A stretch of DNA of 64,000 bases from Marsupella aquatica (taxonomy: Eukaryota; Plantae; Marchantiophyta). The stretch spans positions 26,931,233 through 26,995,232 of the forward strand of contig OZ316892.1 of the NCBI GenBank assembly GCA_973895155.1. The letters are read 5' to 3'. A model generated the notes under the pieces. That model was not told the DNA's origin. It ran no database searches and saw nothing but the letters and a program-made list of their open reading frames with translations. Below are positions 1-13,900 of this stretch, in pieces (the stretch's first letter is position 1; every line of letters starts with the position of its first letter). The position numbers and the translations under genes were made by a program.

Positions 1-3000
1 ATGTGTACTCAAGGTGGAGTCCTCCAGAATAGTCCTACCAAATTCTGGAGAACATACAACAAAAATATGGAGCTGGAATAGTACAATATATAGCATGGGG
101 ATAAGTAAGGTTGAAGCAGTTTGCACAGTAGCCCAGGACAAGGGAGTGAAAAGGATTCAGGTTAAGACACTTGGTGCATGCATGGCATTTCAAGGTCCAA
201 CCTCTGCCTGAGGAATCTTTTACATGACTGTGTGGTGGGTCATAAAAGGAAGCTAAAAAAAGTAGATGGACGAAGAGAAATTTAAAGAAGATTGTCTAAA
301 TAGGGGGAAAATTTAGGAGGAGGATAAAATAAGTGTTTATTGAAAAAGTAAAGAGTTTTAGTAAAATTCAAAATTTGCAGAAAAATACAAAGAGGAAGCC
401 CTGCTAAGACACTTTTCAACTTCGATGAGTGTCCCTGGAAAAAATCAGTTGAGCAGGATATAAGGGCTTTTTTATAGGGGGGCATAAAAACCTAGACACT
501 TGGAGTAGGGAATGATGTTGGTCCACCAACAAGTATATGTATATATTCTTGGCATGGCTACTCAAGTGCATATCTTGCTTTGACCCAGGTAGTCTGTTGT
601 AGCTAAGCTGCATGTTTATCTTGCCTTGCCCTAGCTAAATCTGTTACAGCTAGTCAATCAATTGGTATCCTGACCATCCATTCTTTCTGTCAGCTAGCTA
701 CTATACTGCATGTTCAGGTAAGGGGGCATACAAAAAGAAACGCATAAAATTAGACATTAACTTGGAGCAAGGAAGGATGCTGGTAAACCCAACCAAGTGT
801 ATAAATCTTGGCACATTTACTTAGCTGCATGTTTGTCTTGCCTTGAACCAGTTAGTCTATTTAGCTGCTGTAGTGTATCCTGATCGCCCATTCTTTCTGT
901 CACATATGATACTGAGTGTATAGGGGAGCCCATCTTAACGAAGAGAAGCCAGAGTCCAGCAATCTTAGTGGCACAAAGGTAAAGATTGAGCATGGTGCCA
1001 ATCTTTTTTAGTGGTGGTCAGATTGGGAAATGACATCAGCACAATTGCCATCCAAGGATTCACATGCCCAACAGTCAGAATTTAAGTTGGCCAAATCATA
1101 GTGTGGTTTGGGGGAAAATTGTGACTGAAATTGGTACATTAGCACAAAATAGTTGGAGGGTCTGCTGGATTGAGTACATTGCGGATGATCTTTGGTAGCA
1201 GTGGTGCTAGAGCTTTGGCCCATCCACCTGGTGAGGTCCAAGTCCTGGTTGTACTTACTGTAACTATGAATAGCCTCTGGGCTAATTTGGAAGTGTCATT
1301 GGTGGTCGGAATTGACCTACTGTTCAGAAGTTAAGCCTTGAAAGTAACTTCCAGTCATGTAAATCTCTAGCCTTTTTGTTCTGGCTTTCTGACTTGGCAG
1401 TGTTTGCTGAATTTGGGGCATTTGTACTTAAATTGGGGATAATTCTCAGTGATTCTTTACTTAAATGCTTTGACCACAACTTGAAATAGATTATAAATTG
1501 TCTCGCTGATGTTGATCAGAAACTTCACTTTCATACATGATGCCACTCTGCTTTGGGGAATTTGTTCAAAAATTGATCTGAATCCTCTAAGCTTGTATTT
1601 CTTGTGTCTAGTACTGTACATGATTCCTGTCCAATACCCCGTCTATCTTGGGCCTCTGGTTGATTTATCATTACAAAGCGAGATTCCCATTGTTTCCTCA
1701 CAGTTGATGTTGCTGTCTAGCTTTGAACTTCTTGCTCACGAGTGACCATTATTTCTCTTTGTAAGTGTCAATGTTGTCTCCCAAGTAAGCAGAATGCCAA
1801 TTTGGTCTGTTTTGCTGACATCCGTATGGTCTTACTTTTGTTGTGATATATATGTAGGATTTGGCAACAGTGAAAACTAGTCCTCAATTACAGGAGTTGG
1901 AGCAACTCTGGTGCTGGTACTGGTACTGGCATGTGTTCATGTGGGCCCCACTAGATCTGTCATTGATTCCACACTTCAGTAAAGATGTTTTGATTGCGTT
2001 TTCTACAGCAAAACAATACAGATACTCTATGATTCAAAGTAAGCTAGCTGGCTACTGCAACTGGAAGACAATATTGTCAATTACCTGTATTAAAGATGCA
2101 GATGTGGAGTGCAAGGAGCAAACAACTGAATGATGGTGCAACAACCTGGCAAGCATTCCTACTTCTACTTCCTGTCATTTGCCAAAGGTCAAAAGAAGTG
2201 GCACGGAGCCTCCCCACCACAGCGGCGCCGTGGCAGCTGCATCTCCAAGACCAAAAAGTCAACAAAGATATTGTGTCCTCGGCCTGCTTGGGATGTAAGC
2301 TTAGGAAATCTCTCACTGACCACCCAGTTGACCTGGGCCACCCATCTAATTGGTATCTCGAATCATATTTCAAAAGTAAAATAGTTACCCAGGTTGAGTC
2401 TTAAGGTGAACCCACTATTTAAGAGCCTTCAAAAGTTCCTTTGAGGAGAAGCTTAGTTGTTTTCTCATAGATTAGTGGTGATTTTTGTCAGTTTTGGTCA
2501 TGATGATGGGATGACTACATGCACAGGTCAAATATGAGTTTGTTAAAGTTTCTTAGATAGGGTCCAGAGTGTTCAATCAGAAGCCTTCCATTACTTAACA
2601 TCAATCTGTTGCAAGAGTGCATAATTGTCTTGTTGCTAGTGGATCTAACAGGCCATAATATCATTTTGTACCTACATATGAATATTGTCAAAACTTATCA
2701 TCATCTAATTGAATAACACCCTTTCCTATGATCTTCTCTATAATTCCTCTGAAGCCATACTCATTCAATGGAATGACATCCACTCCTATGATTATTTAAA
2801 TATTTTCTGTGCAGAAATACTGATTTACCATTTGACTATTGTACTAAATTCAGCAAAATAATGTCGTAGGGAACATTAGGCCAGCACCTCTATGGCTGCT
2901 TGACTGTCATGATTGTGTTCTGGAAGGGTGTGATATGCACGGAACTAAAGCATCAGTTTGTTTGAAATATCAATAAGTGAATAACTATGCAATTATTTTT

Positions 3001-5473
3001 TGGGAACATAACATCAACACATTCTTTGGATGCATGCCATGCAGGACACAATTCATGACCTGTCAGTGTGGAAGCTATCTGCTGCAGAGTTAGTAAGATT
3101 TACACTTCACAATCAGTAAGATTGTTGACTGAATCTGTAAATTGAGTAAGAAACCATATTATAATGAGGAATTTATTTTGTGCAACTAAGATCCACATCA
3201 GTCACCTACATACATGTCTTGTAAGCAATGCAACCAGGAAATGCTCAAATTGCCCTCATGGTTTGTATGTAGGAAGCAAAGAAAAGGGCTTATAAATCTA
3301 GCTTGGATAAGTCTTCCACCCGATCAAGTGCAACAATCACATTTGGAGATAGTTGTCAACCTGGTCTTGATGTTGGTATGTTGACTGACCTTTGACATGT
3401 TTCTGCCTTCTAAAAAGTTGGATTATTGATCTGTTTCCCACTAATAACAAAGATTTTGTGAATGCATTTACTCTGTTTTATGTATCTCATTGCCCCACTG
3501 TCTACCATTCAATTCAACTAGATACAATTGTTTCTGCCTCCATCTAGTGTGCTTTGTATATTGGTTTCTTATTCATAAGATAGCTTTCATGAATGCCTAT
3601 CTCCATGTAATTGTTGCATTGTTTACAGTTCATAATATATGGGAAGCTATATTGTCACTATGTCCTTCACAAGTACAAATTTATAAGGAACTAAGTAACA
3701 TGCACAGCTCAAGGTGCTTTGATCCATATCCCTTTCATGCCATGTTGATCAAAGCTCTATCAAGGAACAAGTCGGACTCTTCTTGAGGACTTACATTTTG
3801 TTCCTTTGTCCTAGTGCATCCAGGTAAGAATTTTACCAGGATATTGATCATGTCTCTCCTCACATACCAGTCCACAATAACATCATCCCACTATTGATCC
3901 TTCACTACAAAGAAGGATTGTGCTGTCATTTAATTTCCAAGTTAATTTCATGTTGAATGTGATGCTTGTTGTTTTGAAGATGATAGGTCGGAGCAGAGCA
4001 CACAAGATGGAAACGCACTACCATCATTGGATTTAGCACAAGCATCTCCATCTTCTGAAATTGATTTCAAAGGTCATGGGAAATTGAACGGAACTTCTAA
4101 AGAACATGTGAAGACTGCAAATCTAAAGCTCTCTATCAATGGAGCTTCGAAGAGTTGTTGCGCTGTAAAAGGACTTACAAATGAAAGGAGCATTAGTAGA
4201 TTCGGGAAAGAGAATAAGTTTCTGAAGTCTCTGCCAAATGCAACTACTACCCAAAAGTCTGCAGTAACCAGACCATTGTCAGCAGATACAACAACTGCTG
4301 TGATCTACAGTGGGACAAAGATAACATACTCACCTGCATCCATAGCTTTTGGATTGACAACTCACACTTCTAGTGATCAATCAATAGTCCAGCATTTCTT
4401 CCAATCACCAAACCAAAGTAATTCTCTCTGACTATTATTGACTAAATTTCAGTTTTAAATTAGTAATAATACTCATAGAATTGTACAAAAGTTTATATTC
4501 TACAAAAATCTGTAAATATCAGCTAATTAATAAATTAAATATTGACATTATTATATGTGTATTAACAAGGTATAAAGTGCTCATATGATATGATATGTAA
4601 ACAAGTTATAATATATAAAATTAGATTTAAAACTGAATTTTATTACTGACAAGCTTAGAATTGGAAAATATTACATATTGAGTACAAATGATTTTTCTGT
4701 TGGTACGTTAACTTGTTGAACAAATAAGAAAATTGGTCAATATAAGGCCAATATGTTTTTCACTTCTCATCTAGTATTTCAGTGTTTAGATGACATGTTT
4801 TATTCTTAATACTCTCTAATTTGAATCAAGCATTTCTAGCTAATATGGGTAGGGGTATATCTTCAAAAATCTACTTTCATTGTATTATTATGATGTTTTT
4901 CATCAAATTTTTGCAAGAGTGTTCTTTACTTTGGACATATTACTCTCTAGCTATATGTATATTCACAATCAAAAGCTACTCTTTGGGCCTACTCTCTAGA
5001 GGGAAGCTCAGCTTCAAGACAGTGAGTCAGGGGTGTAACTGAAATTGGGGGTGCAAATGGGACAAGAGGGATTAGAATTAGGAGGGGTCTCTGAAAATGG
5101 TGCAGCAAAGTTGAATTTACTCATCTCTACTTAGGGTCAAAGTGCACTCAGGCTAGTGTGAAGTTAAAGTCCCAAAGACTTCCAACTACATAGTAAATTG
5201 TGCCCATCACATGGGAGTCAAGTGTCAAACGTTTGTGCCTATCGGAGCTTCAACATCAACCCTCATGACTCCTGAGCAAAATCAAGAAAAGAAATTCTTG
5301 GAGATGCATACGCTCCGTAACTGTCACACACATGGTGCTCATATATAGGAATAATTGTTCTGGTGAATATCTTTGAGAGTAGAGCCGAGTCTTACATTAG
5401 CTGGCCTTCAATTGCCCGACTGATATTCAGTCAACGCGCTGCCATGAATTATGACGTCCAGAAGATACTGAAG

Positions 5474-8400
5474 CTTCTATTGTCCTGTGAAAGAAACGAA
5501 CTTGGAAGAGGTTCAGACTGGAGAGCAATCTGCATGGAGCTTTCGAACTACGGTAGCTTTTGAAGATGAAGCCAGTCTCTTTGAAGCTGAAAAGAAGCAG
5601 CGGTTGGAGCACTTGGCAACTTCAGTAACGAAATCAAGGCGTAGGATATCGTCCCGAAGTCCAAGAGTAGCTGTGGTTGGGAAGAAGCGGTGTAATAGAA
5701 TACAAGAAGTGGATGGGACTCGATTCATTCGTGTGAAGCTTCCTTTGAAAGCCATGGACAAGTCGAGCCCAACTCGATACACTCACCAGCCGAGCTTCCG
5801 CGGAGGAGTGATTGATTCTTCAGATGACTCTATCTCGGGGCCTTTGGAAAACTTGAGATGGCAGAAGAGTCCACAATCTGCTGCAAAGCATCGAAGGCAT
5901 CACAACCAAAGAACCCCAGACGCAAAAGGCCATCATCCAGTCGAAAAAGTTCAGGCGTTTTCCTGGAATCCAGCGGGGAATCCAGCATCTCAGGCGAAAG
6001 AGGTTGTGAATCTCAAGGGAGAAACTAACATTTCTGACACTTCAATCCAATCGTCTCGATCCGGTCGAACGAAAGTGGTGAAGCAATATAGTGGCAATGT
6101 TCCTAAGGTGATATTTCCGTCGTCCCAGAAACTTTCGGTTTTGTCCGTACCCTCTTGACAACAGAATTCAAGGTAGAGATCTTCAGGTTCTGAAACATAA
6201 TGCAGCTGCTACGTAAGGGGAATTGGTTAGCTCAATTAAGAGTTGACTCCCTTATTCTTCTGCTCGTAGAGAACATCACCAATTATGGAGTGGAATGGAG
6301 ATCTAGAAGAAGAGTCCGACGATCAGTTTTCGCATGAAAAGGTCCAGTCCGTAACCTTCTCTCAATTTCGAGATCTTTCCTTGCCCAAGCTTAACATTCT
6401 CTGTCTGAGCAGATATCCACTTCATGTGAAGTTTTTGTTAGATACCGGGCACTTGCAGCAAGTATACCTGATTGTGTAAGTCCAGTCCCTCCACTGTCTG
6501 CCTGGCTTATAATTTGCCAGTTCCCCTGAAGTGAATGTTGTTATTCCGCTTCGAAACAAAATTTTGAGCCAAACTAGTCAATACACGTTAATTATACCGG
6601 GTCGTTGACGAAATTGAACTTTCGTTGTTCAGGATTTTCAGCAATACATGGTAATGTGCCAGCTTGATCTGATGAAGGAATTCAAAAACTTGAAGCTCTC
6701 ACTCTCGAGACAGATTGTCAACCTTCAGGTACAATTTACTGGTCACTCTGTCCGATGTGATTTGTTGAGACACCAGTATGCTATATATCTTGTCAATTTC
6801 GGCCAGGTGATATTCGTGATATGTTTTGCCAAAGCCTGATAGAGTTAGGAACCTCATCAAAATACACGCAGGCACCATAGTTACGCTAAACAAATAAATT
6901 TTCTCAAAATAGTTGATCGAATCAGTTCAGTCTCTCGTTGTGATATAAGGTTGGCTAACATATTTGATGAGGGTTGGAATAGTTGGACGTTGATAAGATT
7001 CTAGCGAATCAGAAAGCAGCGTCATCCAAAGGATTCAAAGGTCTTCCTCCACATCGTCAGGGATCAGGTGCAGAAGGACAATATCTAGGTAAAATCGAGT
7101 TCCTTATTGCTGCATATCTACATAGCGTTCAAAGTAGCGTGCAATTTTCGAGTCACGTGAACATTTATTTATGTTTCTACACTAAGACTGGAAGGCCATA
7201 GCTAGATTAGCAGGCTTTGCAGGTGACACACTTTACAGCAAGCAATTCAAATGGTCCCTGTAACCCTTAGCGGGAGATTGATCTAGATTGTGCAAAAACA
7301 AAAAAATCTGCAGACCTTGTCGATCACAGTCAGGAATTGCCAGCGTACTCTTCTCTGAAATTCAAACAAGATTTGATCAAGCCAGCTTCATCATCGTCTG
7401 GTAAGAGACGTTGTCTAGGAGCTCAGACGATTGTAATGTCCGATTTTCAAAAGTAGCAAAAGTCCATATGGAGCATTAATTAGTTAGAGTTTGGAGATAC
7501 TTTACTGGCAAATTTGTTTGGTCTTCATTCAAAATACGCCCAAGTTACGACACCAACATCTTGCACTAAATTTGGAACCTTTCGAGTAGACTTGGTATCA
7601 CAAGCCCTGACTGATAGAGAGTCTTACTCATTTTTTTGCTTACAGAAGAGAGCTACCACATACCTTCCACTGAGATCGACACTCACTATAATGAGGAACA
7701 GAAAGGGGTAAACGGACCAAAACAATACTCGTTACGCTTTGTCTTTACATTTAATTGCATCCATACGAAAATCAGGACTTTAAAGCATAGAACAAAATTA
7801 AGTGTCACTTTTGGAAAATGTGGTGGACAAAAAATTCCGTAATTGAGGCATTTTGAAATCCTTGGCTCTCTTATGTGACCTTTGAGTGCGCAGACAAATT
7901 TTGATTCTTGGCCCGAAGAAGATTTTCACCACTCTATGACTTCACACAAATCATTTGCCCCTCCAGCTCAATCCCACGTTTTCCGCAACCTTCAAAACAA
8001 TCCGATATATCATGTACAGAAGTCATCTGATAAGAGAGGAGGAAGCAGTGATTCTGATGTTTCAAGTATAGAGCTTACACAGTTGAACTATCGAGAAGCA
8101 TTGGGTAGTCTGTTGGAAACGAAACCGGAGTCAGAAGCAAGACAATGTCTAACTCAAGACCATCTCGACACTGCTGGTGTCAGCAGCAAAGGTGCTCGTT
8201 CTCAGAGTGGAACAGGGCTTCCACGCAAAAAAAGTAACGGAAATTCTCTTGCAGCGCCATCGAGTACATATGGGGAATTGGCAGAAATCGGTAAAACTAC
8301 TATATCAGCTGGGAATCAACTCCACGACCTATCTTACAGGGACAGCAAGTTAGATACAAATGGCCATACTCGTTCCCACGCCAGAAGTAGGCGACTGGAT

Positions 8401-10257
8401 GAGCAAAGTCGGATCAGCGATAATGAAACTACTTTAGCACAAATGTTACAGTCAGGATCTTTGAAGGGCCCTGGAAAGGATGAAATAAGTATGTCAAACC
8501 TAATGGGAACTTACACAGCAAAGGCCAGAGGGAGTCATGTGGATGTCGGCGAACACCCTGACGCTGAGCCTCATTTAGGTACCCTTGGAAGGCATTCTCC
8601 ACGTCCAGCTGAGAAGAAGAGCAGGTCAGCTAGGCCACTATTCGCTGAAGAACCAGGAAAACAGAGTTGGAACAATTCATCAACCACATCACCTACATCG
8701 ACATATGGTAGAGAACCTCCAAATCAACAACCTTTCAATAGAAAGGGAGGAGCAGAGCAGGGACGGTTCACTTACAGTAGCCAAGAACCTCAGAATGAGC
8801 AGTATGGGAAGACAGTAACAGAGGAGCGGCAGCCTATGTATACAAGAGAAGAATGTCAGGGTCAGCACTATGACAAGGTGGCAGGAGATCACGGACGGTC
8901 TACTTATTCTAGGGCAGAGGCTCAGTGTCAGCAATATGGGAAGGCAGAAGCAGAACAGGAGCAACCTGTCTATGCTAGAGAAGAAACTCAGAATCAGCAA
9001 TACAGGAGGGCAGAAGCGGAGCAGGGGAGGCCTACTCACGGTAGAGAGCAGCATTCGAGTCGTCTGTATGGACAGCTAGCAGCAGAGCAGCAAGGGAGGA
9101 CTGGAAGTCAGATTCCTACGATTGAAAACCAAGGAGAGGGCGAACCATACACACTCCGAGGCTGGGCAGCGGCTTTCCTTGAGCCGCCTGCAGAAATCGC
9201 TAACAAAACTCAGAAGATAACTCTTCAAACCGGTAAAAAACGCAAAATTCAACCGTTGCTGCAATAATTAGGACAGGTTAGACTGGTGTCAATCACAGTA
9301 ACAGCTGGCTGAAAAGAAACTTAGAATTGTTCAGGAGACCTCGTCCAACTCTCGCTGGGATTGGCTTATAAATGGTGCTACTTTCAACATGTTTTACTAT
9401 TCCTTTCTTCGACCGTATGGCAAGTCAATACAGAACTTGCTATCATCATTGATAACTTGAAGATTAAGTTTCAATCACTTTGCACCATCCCGATCCGATA
9501 CATTGTGCCATGGTGTAGAAGTTCTAAAATGTTATTTCATGTCCAAAGGGTCTTAATTATGAATGCAGGTTCACCCAAGACTGATTATCATTCCTCTAGT
9601 CAAGATTCACCAACGGAGGAACCTCTGGTTCAAGAGTCACCGGAAAGGGAGTGGCGCAGGGAAAAAGAAAATGGGAATCAAAACGCAGTTCGTCAATTTG
9701 CAGGGAAGAGTTCGAAAGGTGGATGCGCTTGGACTGTCAGTGAGCCTGCAAGTAGTCCCAACAACAATCAGAAGGAAAGTCCCGGTAATACTCTCCCGTC
9801 ATTCTCTGACGGGTCCTTCCATGTCACACTCTTTGGCAAAAGGCCATATCGTACAATGAATGATAATTTGTTAAAGATATTCATTGCCAACCTCATTGAC
9901 TAGAATATAATTGACTAGAACTATGACTTGACAAACCACGTAAAGCACCCAGAGTCACTTCACACAGCCATTCTCTTGAATAGTCGGAGAACATTGAAGT
10001 TGCAAGTGCTCAGATCCAAGCTCCTTTCTTCTGTGGGACTCGCTGCAGTATTGCTACGTCTACCTCCACAGTGAGCTGAATCTCGGACAGCCTTTCCCGT
10101 CCAGTAGATATCGACACAAGGAGTCTCTTCACAATTCGGGGTGCCAACTGGAGTTAGGAACACATAATTCATACATCTGTTCGTTTCTGGTGCAGCAAAT
10201 GGCACGGCAGCCACCAAAGGTCGGCAGAAGCATCACTATACAGCCAATAACCCGTGA
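5474..10257 (+). CDS. Multi-exon uncharacterised protein, Ser/Gln/Glu-rich and probably largely disordered, with a 22-aa tandem repeat; 5' exons unresolved
   Basis: Nine GT-AG exons join with matching phases: about 5474-6107, 6270-6341, 6633-6728, 6983-7088, 7314-7400, 7646-7707, 7894-9232, 9569-9784, 10196-10257 (TGA). They include the 223-aa and 461-aa ORF-track hits. A further candidate upstream exon lies at about 3987-4417. No recognisable domain. Confidence 0.65.
8752..9100 (+). repeat. Coding tandem repeat, about 5 copies of a 66-bp/22-aa unit
   Basis: AEQGRFTYSSQEPQNEQYGKTV / TEERQPMYTREECQGQHYDKVA / GDHGRSTYSRAEAQCQQYGKAE / AEQEQPVYAREETQNQQYRRAE / AEQGRPTHGREQHSSRLYGQLA in ORF 7882..9267. 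Confidence 0.85.
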
Positions 10258-10944
10258 CAGGTTACGCTGGCAGAATCGCAGAGTTCAAGGAGATCCAAGC
10301 GGTAGAATTTATCAATAAACAAGCGTTCCTTGGCAAAGGATAGCGAGAATGCAAAAAACGATGCAAGGAGTTCAAAGCATAAATTTTCAGTCAAGGACAT
10401 TGATTTGAACCGATAGCAAATGTGCAATACACTGAAGTTTAGAAACAAGACTCATGTGGCGTGCGTTAATCAAGAATCATTGATTGCCAAGACAATGACA
10501 TGACATGGAGTTTCTGTGAATCCTGCCCACGTGATGCTGACCTTTTTTCCAGGTAACACAGCCGGCTACTTCGCAATTCGCAAACGAAAGAGTACATCAT
10601 GAACTATCATTTGTCTTTAATGCAAGTACAATTATCCATCCTAGTCTTCAACTCCGCCCGCAACTCCGACATATTCCCGTGGTAAGGTATGCCCTTTCAT
10701 TTTGTTGATTGCTCTGCACCTCCGTACCGTAATGTCGTCAGGATTATTCTTCGTGGAAACAATCCCATTGATCTACCAGCTTGGGGGTCGAAGGTCAAGA
10801 AGGAATTGACGTAAAAAACGCGCAGAGAGCGTCCACAGCATTTGCCCAAATTACAATCTCAAAGGTAATGCTTCAGCAAAACAGCGTGGAATGGTACATT
10901 AGCTGATGCTGCGGAATTGTTTTGGCTCAATCCCTTCTTGACCT

Positions 10945-13900
10945 TCAATACCCATATTGAAATCCCGTCGAGATACACAAGTTTGAATCCATCAACCGGA
11001 CTGCTAATCCTGATACCGAGACTCTGGTCGTTGTAGTCTTTAAGACCCAAATCTCATTACAAAATTTGTAGGAGTTGTCCGTTACTGGGTCATGAAAATC
11101 TGTGTTAGTGCTCCTTCTTGGACATTCGTGTTGTCAATTTCTGAGCTTTCCCACAGAGAGACTCGCCATGAGTTCAGGCCAAAATTAAGGGCCACAAACG
11201 ATTTAGAGCTATTATGCACTTTAGTCATGGGCAAAACACTGGGTGAGACTTGGAAAAGCACTACTTAAAGTGATAGACGATTTAGGGCTTTACATTTTAC
11301 TAATGGACCAAACACCAGGTGAGGCATGGAAAGGCACTGAGAGAAGAGTCAATGTTTAGGGAGCGGGCCCAACCCTCTGTGAAATCAATGTTCAATGCTG
11401 CCATCCAAAATGGAAGTGTGCTGAAGTCACTTCACCCCGAGTATTCACATTCAGGTCAGTTTGGGCCCAGAGTTACTTTAAGGAAAGTCATGTTTCTCAG
11501 GGTGGAGGTGAGTATTGGGTCTTAGAGTTCCCTCATGTATCTTGTGTGGCAGAGGCCAATCCCAAACAGAACTAAATTTTGAGAAACAGGACAAGATAGT
11601 CCATCTAGAGTAAGTCGGATTGCTGACTCTCCAACCCCAAAACAATTCTTCATAGGTTAAGCTCCATAGTCCCTGGCCTCTTTGGGGGGTGTGTAATCCC
11701 TCAGGGCTGTCTTGCATGAAACCTGCCCTTAAATTTGTGATTGCTAAATTTCCCTGAACTGCTTGAAAAAGCCTTGAGCAATGGACAACTCCCAGCCTTA
11801 CTGATTTTGGTCGTGTTCTTCGGCCTCTGTGTCCTTCTGGCCATGTGGTGCTTGGTTGCAAAGTGCCTTGACTCTTTGGGTTTGTTTTCTCTTTGTACCA
11901 TTGGTTGACTGTATTCATATCAACCATGACTGAATCATGCTATCACCAATTAAATTATAGAAACTCTCCATATGAAGGGGTATGTAGGGTTTAGGCTCAG
12001 GGTGCCAAGTGACCCTTTAGCATGGTTCACATATACAACTCAAGTGAGGTACATTTAAAGTTACTTTGCCATTCCCTAACCCAATACCCTAAACCCTAAA
12101 TGATACACAACTCCAAACTTAGTTCTTGCTATGCATGTGTCCCGGTGATAGTATGGGTTACTGTTAATAGTATAGCATTTCTTGGACTAAAATGCAACTG
12201 TGGAAAGGGTTTCGGGTTTAAGATAAACCTCCACCTTCATTTTCGCATTATCCAACAATTAATGTCCATATTGCAGTAGGTTACAACCTCTTGAATACAA
12301 TGTCCATGGTGCAATGATGTTGGCAATTTTTTGAGCATGAGATGACCCTAATTATGTCTCCAGAAGGATTTACTTTGTAGTATGACACAAAGACAATAGC
12401 CACATTGTCTTCTGAAAAGCACCACGGTTGGCCATTTATCCTGCCCAAACAAGAACTAGGGACAATTACCACATTGTCTTTGGAAGAGCACAACTCTTGT
12501 TGAACGAGACAAGCAAGTGCAGCGTGAAGGCATTTCGACTAAACCCTGATGATTTTGTGCCTGCCACCAACAGTAAACAATGCCTATGCCCATAACCTGT
12601 GTAAACCCATGAAAGAAGCGTCGATCCTACTTCCAACAAAAGACAACACTCACGCTTCACCCTAAAGTGCATCCCAATTTTGTGCGCCCTAAAACAGAAA
12701 ATTTTGAATACACAAACCTCAATGTCTTCATTTCTTAAGGAATCATGTCAGTGCAAGAACAGGAAACTGCATTACCGTGGCCCTACGACATGCGAAGTGA
12801 CATTGTCAAGTACAGGAGGCAACCGTGTGTGTCAACATCGGGGTCGACATAGTAAGGCAGTTTTGCCTTTGAGAGGACATTCAGTACAGATCATAAAGAG
12901 GGGGACAGTTGGGGCAAAAAGGTTTCCAGGGGGTTGATCAAGCAAACTATCTCCAGGAAGGGGTCTATTAAGCAACTCCCTCAAGAAAAAAGTGAACTTA
13001 CTCCAAAATGGGTATTTTGGGAGTAGTTCCCTTACGTCGATAAGAAGCAAACTCCTCTATACAGGAAAGCTTTGTTTAGTTAACTTTGCCTGCTTGTTTG
13101 GCTGTCGGTATGTTTATAATGTATGACAAAGAGAAAGAGTGTCACCTATTAACAACAACTTGCATTTCAGATTTCAATTTTCAGTATTTTTAGAATTATT
13201 AGAAAACACTGGGTTCAATTTCTTTAATAATCTCTTAGCCAAGTATCATTAAGGTATCTCTTGTGAGATAAAGAACCATCTCATGAGGATCATGATCAAT
13301 CAAGATACTCCAAACAACTTGCTTACAAAGAGGGTAAACTGTAGGGTTTCTTATTGGCAAACGTATGCAGAGGTGTTTTTTGTGGGGGAACAAAGGTTGC
13401 ATGTTGCATACAGTTTTCAGATTTTGGATGATGTATATATACTTTTCTTATTTTCTTGTACATTTTCTATTAAAGAAAGTCACTAGGCCAAATTCATTGG
13501 AATTCAAAGGGGGCTACAGTCTCCTAAAGAAGAAAGTAAGACTTAGGGTAACCCACCCCGAAGATGGGGTAATGGGATGTAATCTCAGGAGTATTGAGCC
13601 CGACCGGGTTACAGCCCAATATTCCGAAGTGGGGATGAGTTACCAACCATAAAGCCCAAGTGAATTTTTGAGCCATTAATTCACTTCATTTTTACATTGC
13701 AAACATCTCATCAGTCACTGTCTACCACTTTCACCTTAGCATATTTGTTATCCAAATTTGAGAATCCCCAGGCCAGGCTGGCGCAGGGGTTCCATGTCCT
13801 CAAAGGGGGTATGCCTCATAACTATGTATAAACATATACATAAAAATAATTCTCAAGGGGTTTACATATGCAAGAAATTGAAGTTGGGACTTCCACGTTT

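Noticed and set aside
3903-3915. CACTACAAAGAA as a CACTA terminus
   Set aside because: No subterminal repeats and no matching TAGTG end with a TSD.
11300-11930. Possible TE-derived ORF fragments (11478..11927)
   Set aside because: No recognisable motif or element boundaries.
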